NCBI GenBank assembly: GCA_965368245.1
Contig: CBDUMD010000007.1
Location: 2,436-66,435 of the forward strand
DNA from: an uncultured Thermoproteales archaeon
Lineage (GTDB): Archaea > Thermoproteota > Thermoprotei > Thermofilales > B20-G17
Length of the DNA: 64,000 nucleotides
Reading direction: 5' to 3'
Part shown: piece by piece, positions 18,798 through 28,159 of the stretch
Layout: every line of letters starts with the position of its first letter
How positions within the stretch are numbered: position 1 is the first letter of the stretch
Notes under the pieces: generated by a model
Told to the model about the DNA's origin: nothing
The model's input: only the letters and a program-made list of their open reading frames with translations
Databases searched by the model: none
Made by a program: the position numbers and the translations under genes

Positions 18798-19628
18798 ATG
18801 AATATGATCCGGGATGAAGAGACTGACCTGCACGGAGGAGTGAAGAAAAGTACCTCCGCTGACCAGACTCATGAACCCGTACAAATCAAAGAGGGCGACT
18901 TCATACTTGTAGACTATACTGTCGATTTACCAGCTGAAGGAAAAGTAATAGACACGACCATCGAGGAAATAGCAAGAGAAAACAAAATATATAATGAGAA
19001 TGAGCCTTATGAACCAGCCCTCGTGGTCGTGGGAAAGGGGTTCCTGCTTAAAGAAGTCGAAAAACAGCTCGTCGGGGTAAAGGTTGGTGAGGAAAAGGAA
19101 ATAGTTCTTCCTCCAGAAAAGGCTTTCGGTCCAAGGGATCCAGGTAAAATTAGGGTTATACCTGCAATCGAGTTAAGTCGAAGAGGAGTTATACCACGAG
19201 TAGGCATGCGGGTTGAAGTGAATGGTAACATAGCAATTGTAAGGAGCGTTGGTGGTGGAAGAGTACAATTAGACTTCAACCACCCACTTGCTGGAAAAAC
19301 CTTAAGATACCGCGTTAAAATCGTGAAAATACTCGCTTCGAATAAGGAGAAAATTAGGGCTATAATTGGACGAAGACTGCGTGGAATAGAGCCTAAAGAC
19401 ATCGAGATTACGGAGAGAAATAAAACTGTGTACATTAAGCTACCAGATAGTATCCTGGTGGTGGAGAGGCTAGGGATAATTTTGAGGGGGATAGCGCTGG
19501 ATATTAGAAATCTGTTACCTGAAGAATATGAATCTGTGGTATTTTCGGTGAAACTGAAGTTGAAGGAAAGGAAGCCTGAAGCTAAAACAGAGGCCGCTAA
19601 AACTGAGGCAAAAGAGAAACAAGGGTAA
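18798..19628 (+). CDS. FKBP-type peptidyl-prolyl cis-trans isomerase (long archaeal type)
   Basis: GDFILVDYTV...VVGKGFLLKEVEKQLVGVKVGEEKEIVLPPEKAFGPRD...DFNHPLAGKTLRYRVKIVKI. Confidence 0.85.
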   Translation: MNMIRDEETDLHGGVKKSTSADQTHEPVQIKEGDFILVDYTVDLPAEGKVIDTTIEEIARENKIYNENEPYEPALVVVGKGFLLKEVEKQLVGVKVGEEKEIVLPPEKAFGPRDPGKIRVIPAIELSRRGVIPRVGMRVEVNGNIAIVRSVGGGRVQLDFNHPLAGKTLRYRVKIVKILASNKEKIRAIIGRRLRGIEPKDIEITERNKTVYIKLPDSILVVERLGIILRGIALDIRNLLPEEYESVVFSVKLKLKERKPEAKTEAAKTEAKEKQG

Positions 19629-20112
19629 GCTCTAAACCATTATCACATTTAAAACCTTTACTTATAATACCCGTAATTACTACTTTATCTCCCTTCCTTA
19701 ACCCCTCTGGGATGCATAGCTGTTTAAGAGGGCATTTAATGTTGCAGGAGGGTGGAGCGAAGGTAATTACTGCACCGGGCATTGCCTTAGAAGCAGGTAA
19801 AAGAGCCTGAATTGGAGCATAGGTTACCTCTACGACCCGCATAATCGACCCGGTAAATGGGCAACGGTGGGTTTTACTACGTATGGAGGAGACTCTATAT
19901 TTTATTCCCTCACGTAAACCATCGACACAAATTTTCTTAAGGTAGCATTTACTACAATAGGGTTTCTTTTTAATGATGAACGTTGCACCTATTTTCGCGA
20001 GGTCTTCTGTCACCAGTGTAACTTGTAGTTTTTTCCTGCCTTCACTTTGCAATTTCTTCCTTGAAGGCACGTCTCTCACCGTGCTATTAACTAGATACGG
20101 TTTAGGCTCCAA
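19597..20112 (-). CDS. UPF0179-family Cys-rich protein
   Basis: VTLVTEDLAKIGATF...CSKCYLKKICVDGLREG...CPLKQLCIPEGLRKGDKVVI. The start is uncertain and the N-terminus may be shorter. Confidence 0.55.
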   Translation of the reverse strand: MEPKPYLVNSTVRDVPSRKKLQSEGRKKLQVTLVTEDLAKIGATFIIKKKPYCSKCYLKKICVDGLREGIKYRVSSIRSKTHRCPFTGSIMRVVEVTYAPIQALLPASKAMPGAVITFAPPSCNIKCPLKQLCIPEGLRKGDKVVITGIISKGFKCDNGLELTLVSLLPQF

Positions 20113-20193
20113 GTATATTAGTGATATTCTTCTCAGTAAGATAGATATTTATAAGCTTGGAAGAGTAAAAATCAATAGTTGGTGGTCTTTGTG

Positions 20194-20841
20194 ATGTCAA
20201 TTAATCCACGGGAACTCAAGTTACTGAAGACAGGTACGACGACAGTGGGCGTACAGTGTAGCGATGGAATAGTTTTGGCTACGGACAGACGAGTTACAAG
20301 TGGATATTATATTGCCCATAGAAGGGGTAAAAAAATCCATTTCATTGATAAACATGTGGCAGTAACTATCGCTGGCGCGGTTTCTGATGCCCAAAGAATA
20401 GTCGATAACCTTAAGGCAGAAGCCTCCCTCTATAGGCTTGAAAAAAGTAGAAACATTAGGATTGCATCGCTAGCATCGCTAGCATCTACTTTGCTCTTCG
20501 AGGCAAGACCCTTCATCTACATTGTTCAACTAATAATAGGAGGAGTGGATGATACGGGTCCAGCATTATATGCAGTCGACTGGTTTGGGTCGATAACAAA
20601 GGAGAAATATATAGCCACGGGCTCTGGCACCCACTTGGCGTTAGCTATTCTGGATTCAGGTTTTAGACCGGAGATGAGCGTTAAGGAGACGCTACCGCTT
20701 GCGTTAAAGGCTGTTGAGGCGGCAATGAGAATCGATCCTGGCAGTGGCGAGGGGATAGATTCAGTAATTATAACACGTGAGGAGTCTAGAATGCTCTCTG
20801 ACGAGGAGATAAAAAAGTATTTAAGTAAGACTGTGAAATGA
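20194..20841 (+). CDS. psmB: proteasome subunit beta, second paralogue
   Basis: LKTG|TTTVGVQCSDGIVLATDRRVTSG. ATG 20194 lies inside ORF 20179-20841. Confidence 0.9.
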   Translation: MSINPRELKLLKTGTTTVGVQCSDGIVLATDRRVTSGYYIAHRRGKKIHFIDKHVAVTIAGAVSDAQRIVDNLKAEASLYRLEKSRNIRIASLASLASTLLFEARPFIYIVQLIIGGVDDTGPALYAVDWFGSITKEKYIATGSGTHLALAILDSGFRPEMSVKETLPLALKAVEAAMRIDPGSGEGIDSVIITREESRMLSDEEIKKYLSKTVK

Positions 20842-20895
20842 GATTCTGTTTATTCTGGGTGCTTAACTGCGTCTTTTTCCAAAAGAGGGTAACTA

Positions 20896-22818
20896 GTGAT
20901 TAGAATGATCATGGATAAGACGATAGAGAAAATTAGGCAATCAATATTTGAGAACATACCCTTGGAGGCTAGAATCACCAAAATAGAGTTTGAGGGCCCT
21001 CTTATAGTAATCTATACAACAAGACCGGAAGTCCTGTTCACAGAAGATGGAAGTGGAGCGATAAAAAGAATAGTTAAAACCATCAAGAAGAGGATTGTAA
21101 TAAGGACGGATCCCGAGGCACGTAAAAGCGAGGAAGAGGCGAAACGGATCATAGAAGAACTTGTTCCGCCCGAAGCCGGTGTAACTAATATATATTTTGA
21201 TAGGGAGAAAGGAGAAGTAGAAATAGAGGCTAAACAACCCGGCTACGTGATAGGTAAGGACGGTAGCCTTCTTAACATGATTTTCCTCCGGACGCACTGG
21301 AAGGTCAGAGTGCTAAGGTCTCCTCCTCTAGTATCCCGTACAGTATCTGAGGTTAGGCAAATTTATCGAAGCCGTACAGTAGAGAGAAAAAGGTTCCTCC
21401 GTGAAACCGGCTTAAGTATACATAGGTCTCCGATATTTAAGCAGGGTAGAGTCAGAATAGTTGCGCTCGGAGGGTTCGGTGAAGTTGGAAGAAGTACAAT
21501 TCTAGTGCAGACATCGGAGAGTAACGTCCTCCTAGATGCCGGGATAAAACCTTCAAACGTGGCTGACGAGTATCCTTTCCTCGACATATTAGATTTAGAT
21601 CTAGAAAACCTTAATGCTGTAGTATTAACGCATGCCCACTTAGATCACCTCGGTTTCGTACCTTTTCTCTACAAGTATGGCTACAGGGGCCCCATATACA
21701 CGACCGAGCCGACAGCCTACTTAATGAAATTACTGCTTGAAGACTACATTGAAGTCAATAAAAAGGAGGGTAAACCACTACCTTTCTCCAAAAAAGATAT
21801 AGTAGAGGCTCTCGTAAGAACAATAACTCTGAAATACGATGAAGTTACTGACATTGCTCCAGATATACGTTTAACCCTACATAACGCCGGGCACGTGATA
21901 GGTTCATCTATGGTTCATCTACATATAGGTAATGGGCTTTGCAATGTTGTCTACACCGGAGACTTTAAGTTCGGTAGAACAAGGCTTCTCGACCCAGCTA
22001 CATACAAGTTTCCCCGAGTTGAAGTCCTAATAATGGAGAGTACCTATGGTGGAAGAGAAGACGTAATGCCTCCGAGAGAGGAGACCGAGAAGATGTTTTT
22101 AGAGGTGGTTAAAAAAACTATTGCAAGGGGCGGGAAAGTTCTTATACCAGTTCTTGCAGTGGGTAGAGCCCAAGAGATTTTACTCGTCTTAGTGGATGCT
22201 ATTAGACGAGGCTTACTGCCGGAGATACCGATATTTGTGGAAGGAATGATCAGTGAAGCAACGGCCATACATACAGCTTTTCCCGAATATCTCTCGCACA
22301 CTGTTAGGAATCAAATATACTATGAGGAGAATCCCTTTGTGGCAGATTTCATAGAGGTGGTTAAGGGACAAAATAAGCGTATGGAGATAGCTGAATTAGA
22401 TTCCGCGGTTATATTAGCTACATCCGGCATGCTTACAGGAGGCCCCGTCATGGATTATCTTCGCTTACTTGCCCCAGATGAACGTAACAGTATTATATTT
22501 GTTAGCTACCAGGTTGAAGGGACTCTCGGTAGAAGGATACTTCAGGGGCTACGTGAAATACCATTCACATCACCTAACGGGCGAGTCGAAATAATTAAAA
22601 TGAAGATGGAAGTACATCGTATCGAAGGATTCTCCGGGCACAGCGACAGACGGCAGTTATTGAGATATGCTGAGAGAATTACTCCAAGACCGCAAAGGAT
22701 AGTTCTTTGTCATGGTGAGAAAAGGAAGATAAGCGAACTAGCTACCCTAATTACAAAGAAACTGAACATACGTGTAGTAGAGTTAAATAACACGGAGGCT
22801 TTAGCTGCTAGGCTTTAA
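20896..22818 (+). CDS. beta-CASP ribonuclease aCPSF1 (KH + metallo-beta-lactamase + beta-CASP; transcription termination factor FttA family)
   Basis: 640 aa. N-terminal KH repeats (GYVIGKDGS) and VLTHAHLDHLGFVPFLYKYGYRGPIYTTEPT. The C-terminal GFSGHSD motif is present. Confidence 0.9.
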   Translation: MIRMIMDKTIEKIRQSIFENIPLEARITKIEFEGPLIVIYTTRPEVLFTEDGSGAIKRIVKTIKKRIVIRTDPEARKSEEEAKRIIEELVPPEAGVTNIYFDREKGEVEIEAKQPGYVIGKDGSLLNMIFLRTHWKVRVLRSPPLVSRTVSEVRQIYRSRTVERKRFLRETGLSIHRSPIFKQGRVRIVALGGFGEVGRSTILVQTSESNVLLDAGIKPSNVADEYPFLDILDLDLENLNAVVLTHAHLDHLGFVPFLYKYGYRGPIYTTEPTAYLMKLLLEDYIEVNKKEGKPLPFSKKDIVEALVRTITLKYDEVTDIAPDIRLTLHNAGHVIGSSMVHLHIGNGLCNVVYTGDFKFGRTRLLDPATYKFPRVEVLIMESTYGGREDVMPPREETEKMFLEVVKKTIARGGKVLIPVLAVGRAQEILLVLVDAIRRGLLPEIPIFVEGMISEATAIHTAFPEYLSHTVRNQIYYEENPFVADFIEVVKGQNKRMEIAELDSAVILATSGMLTGGPVMDYLRLLAPDERNSIIFVSYQVEGTLGRRILQGLREIPFTSPNGRVEIIKMKMEVHRIEGFSGHSDRRQLLRYAERITPRPQRIVLCHGEKRKISELATLITKKLNIRVVELNNTEALAARL

Positions 22819-22826
22819 AACATAAT

Positions 22827-23279
22827 TTACTTTAGCCGTGAATATTGTAGGATAAAATTCCATAGTTTATCTTTGAGATGATGGATGTTTTTCACTACTT
22901 TACCTCTAGACATCTTTCTCATATTATCCGACGAAAACAGTGCTATGCCTACTGCGATCGGTTTCCTGTATTTTTCTTCGTAGATGCATACTACATCCCC
23001 CTCTTCAAAATCATTTACCATGTCAACTATTCCCGGGCGCATTACGTCTGCTCCATTAAGAATATGCGGTACAGCACCCTCATCGACAAATATTCGTGGC
23101 ATCCTGTTTTCGTAGAGTAAGGGGACTAGAAGTGTAGGGTAAATTTGATCGTCCATACGCCATAGTAATCCCTTTTCCTCTACCAAGAATACATCTATAC
23201 CCTGCCTCGTCTTCAGTATTTCAACCCGTTTAGGTGTGGGAATATCGGTCGCTAGAAATTTTTTCAGCACCGTCAACAC
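22827..23279 (-). CDS. PUA-domain RNA-binding protein (MCT-1/Tma20-like)
   Basis: YPTL...VDEGAVPHILNGADVMRPGIVDMVNDFEEGDVVCIYEEKYRKPIAVGIALFSS...GKVVKNIHHLKDKLW. GTG start; see the finding about an upstream in-frame conserved segment. Confidence 0.65.
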   Translation of the reverse strand: MLTVLKKFLATDIPTPKRVEILKTRQGIDVFLVEEKGLLWRMDDQIYPTLLVPLLYENRMPRIFVDEGAVPHILNGADVMRPGIVDMVNDFEEGDVVCIYEEKYRKPIAVGIALFSSDNMRKMSRGKVVKNIHHLKDKLWNFILQYSRLK

Positions 23280-23521
23280 TACTTTCTTATCCTTGGAACT
23301 CAGGAAGTACCTTGAATAAACCTCATATGTCTTCGTAATATAATATCCCTCAAATTAAGTAGGCGTAGGGACAGCTACTTATATTTTTAGGTGCATCTCA
23401 ACAGGATTTCTCTAGGCTTGTTCGAGGGCTCGCTTTAAATACTTATATCGTTAAAGTAGACAGAAATTTTATAATAGGCTTTAGGATTTTAACCAGCGCA
23501 GAGCAAGAATACGGTGGAAAA

Positions 23522-23746
23522 ATGCCGGGACCTACAACTGCCCAAATATTATTGAAGTCTTTAGGAACCACTGTCTTAGTCAAGTTGAAAGGTGGAAGGG
23601 AGGTTAGGGGGATTTTACGAAGCTTCGATCAACATTTAAACCTGGTGCTCGATGAAGCAGAGGAAATAAAAAACAATAGAAGTAGAAGGCTCGGAACAAT
23701 AATCGTCCGCGGAGACAATGTTATATTAGTGAGTCCAACGGGATAA
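23522..23746 (+). CDS. Sm-like archaeal protein (LSm/SmAP)
   Basis: [32 protein letters not shown]...[15 protein letters not shown] (Sm1 and Sm2 motifs). Confidence 0.9.
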   Translation: MPGPTTAQILLKSLGTTVLVKLKGGREVRGILRSFDQHLNLVLDEAEEIKNNRSRRLGTIIVRGDNVILVSPTG

Positions 23747-23760
23747 ACGGGGTGTAAACG

Positions 23761-23949
23761 ATGGTTAAGGGTACCACTTCAATGGGTAAAAGAAGTCGTG
23801 GAAAAACACATATTAGATGTAGAAGATGTGGTAGACACGCATACAACGTTAGAAAACACTATTGTGCCGCCTGCGGATTCGGTAGATCCAGGAGGATTAG
23901 AAGATACTCGTGGCAGAACAAGAAGGTTAACAGAATAAGAATAAAATAA
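23761..23949 (+). CDS. rpl37e: 50S ribosomal protein eL37
   Basis: [48 protein letters not shown] (C4 zinc ribbon). Confidence 0.9.
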   Translation: MVKGTTSMGKRSRGKTHIRCRRCGRHAYNVRKHYCAACGFGRSRRIRRYSWQNKKVNRIRIK

Positions 23950-24031
23950 CGTTATCTGTCGGATGAAAGTTTGCGGTCTCGTACGGAGTAGGAGAATATA
24001 TAAATCCCCTTTCATCAACAGTTTATTCGAG

Positions 24032-24104
24032 GGGCCGGTAGCTCAGGTGGGAGAGCGCCCGCTTGGCATGCGGGAGGTCGGGGGTTCGAGTCCCCCCCGG
24101 TCCA
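24032..24104 (+). tRNA. tRNA-Ala (anticodon GGC)
   Basis: Acceptor GGGCCGG/CCGGUCC with the G3:U70 alanine identity pair, anticodon arm CCCGC-UUGGCAU-GCGGG, T arm GGGGG-UUCGAGU-CCCCC, discriminator A. No encoded CCA. Confidence 0.9.
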
Positions 24105-24130
24105 TTTTAATAGCCTTTTAGAAATGTTCG

Positions 24131-24856
24131 GTGAAGTCTTATTCTGGAAAAATATATAAGTTTACTAGCAGAATATATCCGAAGATTAGTTGTTCGAAGG
24201 CGAGTTTCATGAGTAAAGAAAAAATAGGAACTTGGGAGATCGGTGAAATAAAACTGCCGTTTTCAGAGGCTTTTAAGATAAGTCTCGAAAACATTAGGAA
24301 ACGTTTCGTGAGGGCAGCCATAACCACAGCCTCAATAGTTCTAGGAATAGCTTTCATGGTTTCTATCCTCCTCATGGCTCAGATCCAGCAGGTAGCTAGA
24401 GGTACACCTGAAACTATAAAGGCATACCAATACTGGCTCTTATTCATCTCGCTCCTCGTAAGCGGTGTAGGTATAACCAACAGCATGTTAATAGCTGTCG
24501 CTGAACGCTACAAGGAGATCGGAACAATGAAATGTTTAGGGGCGTTGGATAGACATGTCTTAACGTTCTTCCTCCTAGAATCAATGATAATAGGTAGCGT
24601 TGGAGGCATAATGGGATATGTCATAGGATTAATCGCTGGCGTAGTATATGGTTACACTCAATTTAGGCCGGAGGACTTGATAGGAGCATTAACATCTCCT
24701 CTTGGGACCTTTGCATCTCTAACTATACCGGCAGCAGTAACCCTATTTCTACTATCTGTAGTTCTAGCAGTAGTGCTCACCATGGCGGCGTCACTGTATC
24801 CAGCATACTATGCGGCTAAACTTAACCCAGCAGAAGCCCTACGCTACGAGGTATAA
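24131..24856 (+). CDS. ABC transporter permease, FtsX/MacB-like
   Basis: FVRAAITTASIVLGIAFMVS...AERYKEIGTMKCLGA...YPAYYAAKLNPAEALRYE. The start may be internal (MSKEKIG). Confidence 0.75.
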   Translation: MKSYSGKIYKFTSRIYPKISCSKASFMSKEKIGTWEIGEIKLPFSEAFKISLENIRKRFVRAAITTASIVLGIAFMVSILLMAQIQQVARGTPETIKAYQYWLLFISLLVSGVGITNSMLIAVAERYKEIGTMKCLGALDRHVLTFFLLESMIIGSVGGIMGYVIGLIAGVVYGYTQFRPEDLIGALTSPLGTFASLTIPAAVTLFLLSVVLAVVLTMAASLYPAYYAAKLNPAEALRYEV

Positions 24857-24905
24857 TAATTTATATATCTTCTCATCCTCTAATGTTAGCAGTTAGCCTG
24901 GGTGT

Positions 24906-25631
24906 ATGGGAATGAGGTATGAATATACCGTTGAAACAGAGGATCTTGCTAAATATTATTATATGGGTAAATTCGTGGTTAAAGCCCTCGACGGAGTGAA
25001 CGTCAAAATCCGTAGAGGCGAATATGTTTCCATAATGGGTCCTTCAGGATCGGGTAAAACAACACTCTTCAACATGATCGGAGGTTTAGATAGACCTACG
25101 AGAGGCAAAGTCTACATTGATGAAGTGGATATAAGTAAACTAGATGCTTATGAACTTGCGTGGTTACGCTGTAGAAAAATAGGATACATTTTCCAAACCT
25201 TTAACCTAATCCCCGTGCTTACCGCCCTCGAAAACGTAATGCTACCCATGATCTTCGCTGGCGTCCCACGTGAAGAGAGGATTAAAAAGGCTACCGAACT
25301 GTTACAAAAGGTCGGTTTAGGCGATAGGCTGAGTCACAAGCCTACCGAGTTGAGCGGTGGACAGCAGCAGCGTGTAGCCATAGCTAGGGCCTTGGCAAAC
25401 GACCCGGCTATAGTACTTGCAGACGAGCCGACAGCAAACCTCGACCTCCATACAGGTTTAGAGATAATCAATTTACTTAGAACGTTAAACAAGGAAAAGG
25501 GGGTAACAATAGTTACTGCTACACACGACCTAAAAATGATAGACGTAAGTGACAGGATTATTTATCTACGTGACGGGAAGGTCCAGCGAATAGAAACGAG
25601 ATCTGAGGTAGCCGTCGAGTACGAGGGCTAA
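24906..25631 (+). CDS. ABC transporter ATP-binding protein (LolD/MacB-type)
   Basis: Walker A GPSGSGKTT, signature LSGGQQQRVAIARAL, Walker B IVLADEPT. Confidence 0.9.
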   Translation: MGMRYEYTVETEDLAKYYYMGKFVVKALDGVNVKIRRGEYVSIMGPSGSGKTTLFNMIGGLDRPTRGKVYIDEVDISKLDAYELAWLRCRKIGYIFQTFNLIPVLTALENVMLPMIFAGVPREERIKKATELLQKVGLGDRLSHKPTELSGGQQQRVAIARALANDPAIVLADEPTANLDLHTGLEIINLLRTLNKEKGVTIVTATHDLKMIDVSDRIIYLRDGKVQRIETRSEVAVEYEG

Positions 25632-25652
25632 AATTAAGCAAACTAATTTATT

Positions 25653-26015
25653 TTAATCAATGTATTTTAGGTTAATGTATAATTCTATGATGAACCTTTG
25701 AAGGGTTTTCTCGTCGAGATATCGAGTTTCATACATGCCGGTCATTTCGGCTAGTTTTCGGGCCAAAATATGGTAGCAGTAATCACGTTTTTTCCTTAAA
25801 ACTACGTTTAGATAGAAGTCGCGGCAGGTGCAGAATAGATCCGATACCACCAGATGAAACCTTCTTCTATACGGTGAATAAACGATCCAGAAGACTTGTT
25901 GAGCATCCTTATAAATTACTTTCATTACACGTTTCCTTTTTACAGCAGTATAGGCTTTAACGAAATCTTTACCATACTTTTTACGGAAATCTTCAAGGAT
26001 TCCTTTCTTATTCAA
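25653..26015 (-). CDS. SWIM-type zinc-finger protein
   Basis: FCTCRDFYLNVVLRKKRDYCYHILA fits CxCx(n)CxH. Confidence 0.5.
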   Translation of the reverse strand: MNKKGILEDFRKKYGKDFVKAYTAVKRKRVMKVIYKDAQQVFWIVYSPYRRRFHLVVSDLFCTCRDFYLNVVLRKKRDYCYHILARKLAEMTGMYETRYLDEKTLQRFIIELYINLKYID

Positions 26016-26135
26016 GATACTTCAATTCACGTAAATGAAACATTATTTAAATGTTGCCTATGCCCATAATAATCTGTGGCAATGGCTATACAACGATAAT
26101 ATAGTTAAGAGAGCCTGGGGGATGGAGAGCGGATC

Positions 26136-27023
26136 ATGGTGACACCCATATTTGGGAACAGGTCTCTGAAAATAGTCGATGAGAACAATGAAAACATAGT
26201 GGTTGTTGCGGATACTCACATCGGTTTTGAACAAGAGTTAAAGGAGAAGGGATTGAGGCTACCCTTTCAGACTAGAAGGCTTGCCAAACAGCTAACTGAC
26301 ATAGGGAGACGGGAAAAAGCCGATAAACTAATCATACTTGGAGACCTAAAGCATGGTATCCTAGGCATTGGTAGGGAAGAGTTAAACGAAGTTTCCCTAT
26401 TTCTCGAGGAACTATCGAAAACCTATCCCCAAATAGAGGTGATCATAGGTAATCATGACGGAGGACTTATAGGAACCTTAGAGGAAGACAACATAAAGTT
26501 TCATTCATCTAGGGGAATATTGGTTAGAGAATCCTCGGGGAGGGTTATAGGATTATTCCATGGCCATGCATGGCCTTCCCCCGAACTTTTCAAAGCACAG
26601 TTACTGGTCATGGGACACATTCACCCTTCAATAGAGGTAGCCGATGAAATGGGTTTCAGAATAGTGGAGCCAGTATGGTTGCATATACCGCTCGACAAAA
26701 AAATGGTTCTGCAAAAATTCCTTAGATATCACCTTAAAAAACCTATATACGGGTCGGAAACGGATATACTACACGTCTTTACCGACGTCTTCGGATTTAC
26801 ACCAAGATTTCATCTACTCGTCGTTATGCCAGCCTTTAACCATTTTCTTAAAGGACTAGCAGTAAACAAGTACAGTATTGGAGAATCGATAAGCCCTATT
26901 CTTAACGCTATAGGAGCTGGAGTACTTAGGGCTGAAGTTTTCCTACTCGACGGAGTTTTTCTGGGACAGCTGAAAATGCTTACTACCGAGGAAATCACAG
27001 TTCTTGAAGGAATAGAACCTTAA
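26136..27023 (+). CDS. metallophosphoesterase (calcineurin-like, ICC-type)
   Basis: VVVADTHIG, ILGDLKH, GNHDG, GHAWP and GHIHP metal-ligand motifs, in the canonical order. Confidence 0.75.
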   Translation: MVTPIFGNRSLKIVDENNENIVVVADTHIGFEQELKEKGLRLPFQTRRLAKQLTDIGRREKADKLIILGDLKHGILGIGREELNEVSLFLEELSKTYPQIEVIIGNHDGGLIGTLEEDNIKFHSSRGILVRESSGRVIGLFHGHAWPSPELFKAQLLVMGHIHPSIEVADEMGFRIVEPVWLHIPLDKKMVLQKFLRYHLKKPIYGSETDILHVFTDVFGFTPRFHLLVVMPAFNHFLKGLAVNKYSIGESISPILNAIGAGVLRAEVFLLDGVFLGQLKMLTTEEITVLEGIEP

Positions 27024-27038
27024 TGAAAATATTGGTTA

Positions 27039-27112
27039 TGGGGCCGCCGGGATTTGAACCCGGGGCCACGCGGGCCCGAGCCGCGCATCATACCAGGCTA
27101 GACTACGGCCCC
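27039..27112 (-). tRNA. tRNA-Pro (anticodon CGG)
   Basis: The reverse complement folds as GGGGCCG...CGCGG-CUCGGGC-CCGCG...CCGGG-UUCAAAU-CCCGG-CGGCCCC-A. Confidence 0.9.
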
Positions 27113-27195
27113 TCCCCTAGTAAATTACAATCGAATATTAATATTCTATCTCATCGATATACTTAATTATTTGTTTCCAATAGAGTAGTGATGGA

Positions 27196-27281
27196 GCCGG
27201 GGTCGCCTAGCCTGGTTAGGGCGGCGGGTTGCTAACCCGCTGGGTGTAAAGCCCGCGCGGGTTCAAATCCCGCCCCCGGCG
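27196..27281 (+). tRNA. tRNA-Ser (anticodon GCU), type II with long variable arm
   Basis: GCCGGGG...GCGGG-UUGCUAA-CCCGC, long variable arm, T arm GCGGG-UUCAAAU-CCCGC, acceptor CCCCGGC, discriminator G. Confidence 0.9.
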
Positions 27282-27328
27282 TACTCGTCGCGAAATTATA
27301 TAAACATCTTCCACAAGGTAATCTTGTA

Positions 27329-27441
27329 GCCGGGGTGCCCGAGTGGACTAAGGGGTTGGGCTCGAGATCCATGTAAAGAGGGCTAGATGAGAAACCCAAT
27401 GCCCCTTCTGGGGCGCGTGGGTTCGAATCCCACCCCCGGCG
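27329..27441 (+). tRNA. tRNA-Ser (anticodon CGA) with a 27-nt intron at canonical position 37/38
   Basis: Anticodon stem UUGGG/CCCAA, loop CU-CGA-G|intron|A, type II variable arm, discriminator G. Confidence 0.85.
27367..27393 (+). other. tRNA-Ser(CGA) intron, canonical 37/38 BHB
   Basis: Central helix CUCG 27361-27364 pairs with UGAG 27388-27391. The 3' bulge is AA|A (27392-27394) and the 5' bulge is AG|A (27365-27367). Confidence 0.75.
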
Positions 27442-27669
27442 TCATACCTTAAACTAAAACCGTTTATTCCCTTAATGTAGCTAAAACCTATCTCCATGAA
27501 TCTTGTCGAACTTTTCAGAGTCTTACTTTTGGAACTAGTTGGGATGATATTCCAGAAGGTTATTGAAATTATCTTAAGAATCTTAAGAATATTTTATGAC
27601 GGTAAAATTATATTATCATGAGCTACCTAATGCTGGTGTATTTAAAGATAAAATAGTGGGGCATCGTAG

Positions 27670-28143
27670 ATGACATATTATCCTCAAGTGCCCTTTGTAC
27701 CAACTCCCTATTCTGTAGCTAGGAGGATGCTTGAATTAGCTGAAGTAAAGCCCGGTGACGTAGTCTACGATCTTGGATGCGGGGACGGTAGGATAATAAT
27801 AATGGCGGCAAAGGAGTTTGGTGCCCGTGCCGTGGGTATAGAAATTAGAAAAGACTTGGTGGAACAGTGTCTTCGTGAAATACTTAGGTTGGGGCTACAG
27901 GATAAAGTGAAGATCATTCATGGAGATTTCTTCGAGGTTGATCTAAGCGAGGCGGATGTGGTGACATTATATCTATTGACGAGTGTAAATGAGAGGCTTA
28001 AACCAAAGCTCGATAGGGAGCTTAGGCCTGGAACCCGTGTGGTTTCCCATGATTTTGAGATAAAGGGTTGGGTTCCTAAAAAGATAGAAAATATTTACAA
28101 TCAATGGCGTACACATAAAATCTATCTCTATGTTGTGGAATAA
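27670..28143 (+). CDS. class I SAM-dependent methyltransferase
   Basis: VVYDLGCGDGRIIIMAA (motif I) and AVGIEI (motif II acidic residue). Confidence 0.7.
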   Translation: MTYYPQVPFVPTPYSVARRMLELAEVKPGDVVYDLGCGDGRIIIMAAKEFGARAVGIEIRKDLVEQCLREILRLGLQDKVKIIHGDFFEVDLSEADVVTLYLLTSVNERLKPKLDRELRPGTRVVSHDFEIKGWVPKKIENIYNQWRTHKIYLYVVE

Positions 28144-28159
28144 AAGCAGGGTGGATATT

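Noticed and set aside
20461-20487. 9-nt tandem repeat GCATCGCTA x2.6 inside psmB (IASLASLAS)
   Set aside because: It is short, in frame and within coding sequence. It is probably a trivial slippage duplication.
23962-24016. 8-bp inverted repeat GATGAAAG/CTTTCATC with a 39-nt loop between rpl37e and tRNA-Ala
   Set aside because: The loop is long and AT-rich, so the structure would be weak. It probably just overlaps the tRNA-Ala promoter, and there are no C/D box partners.
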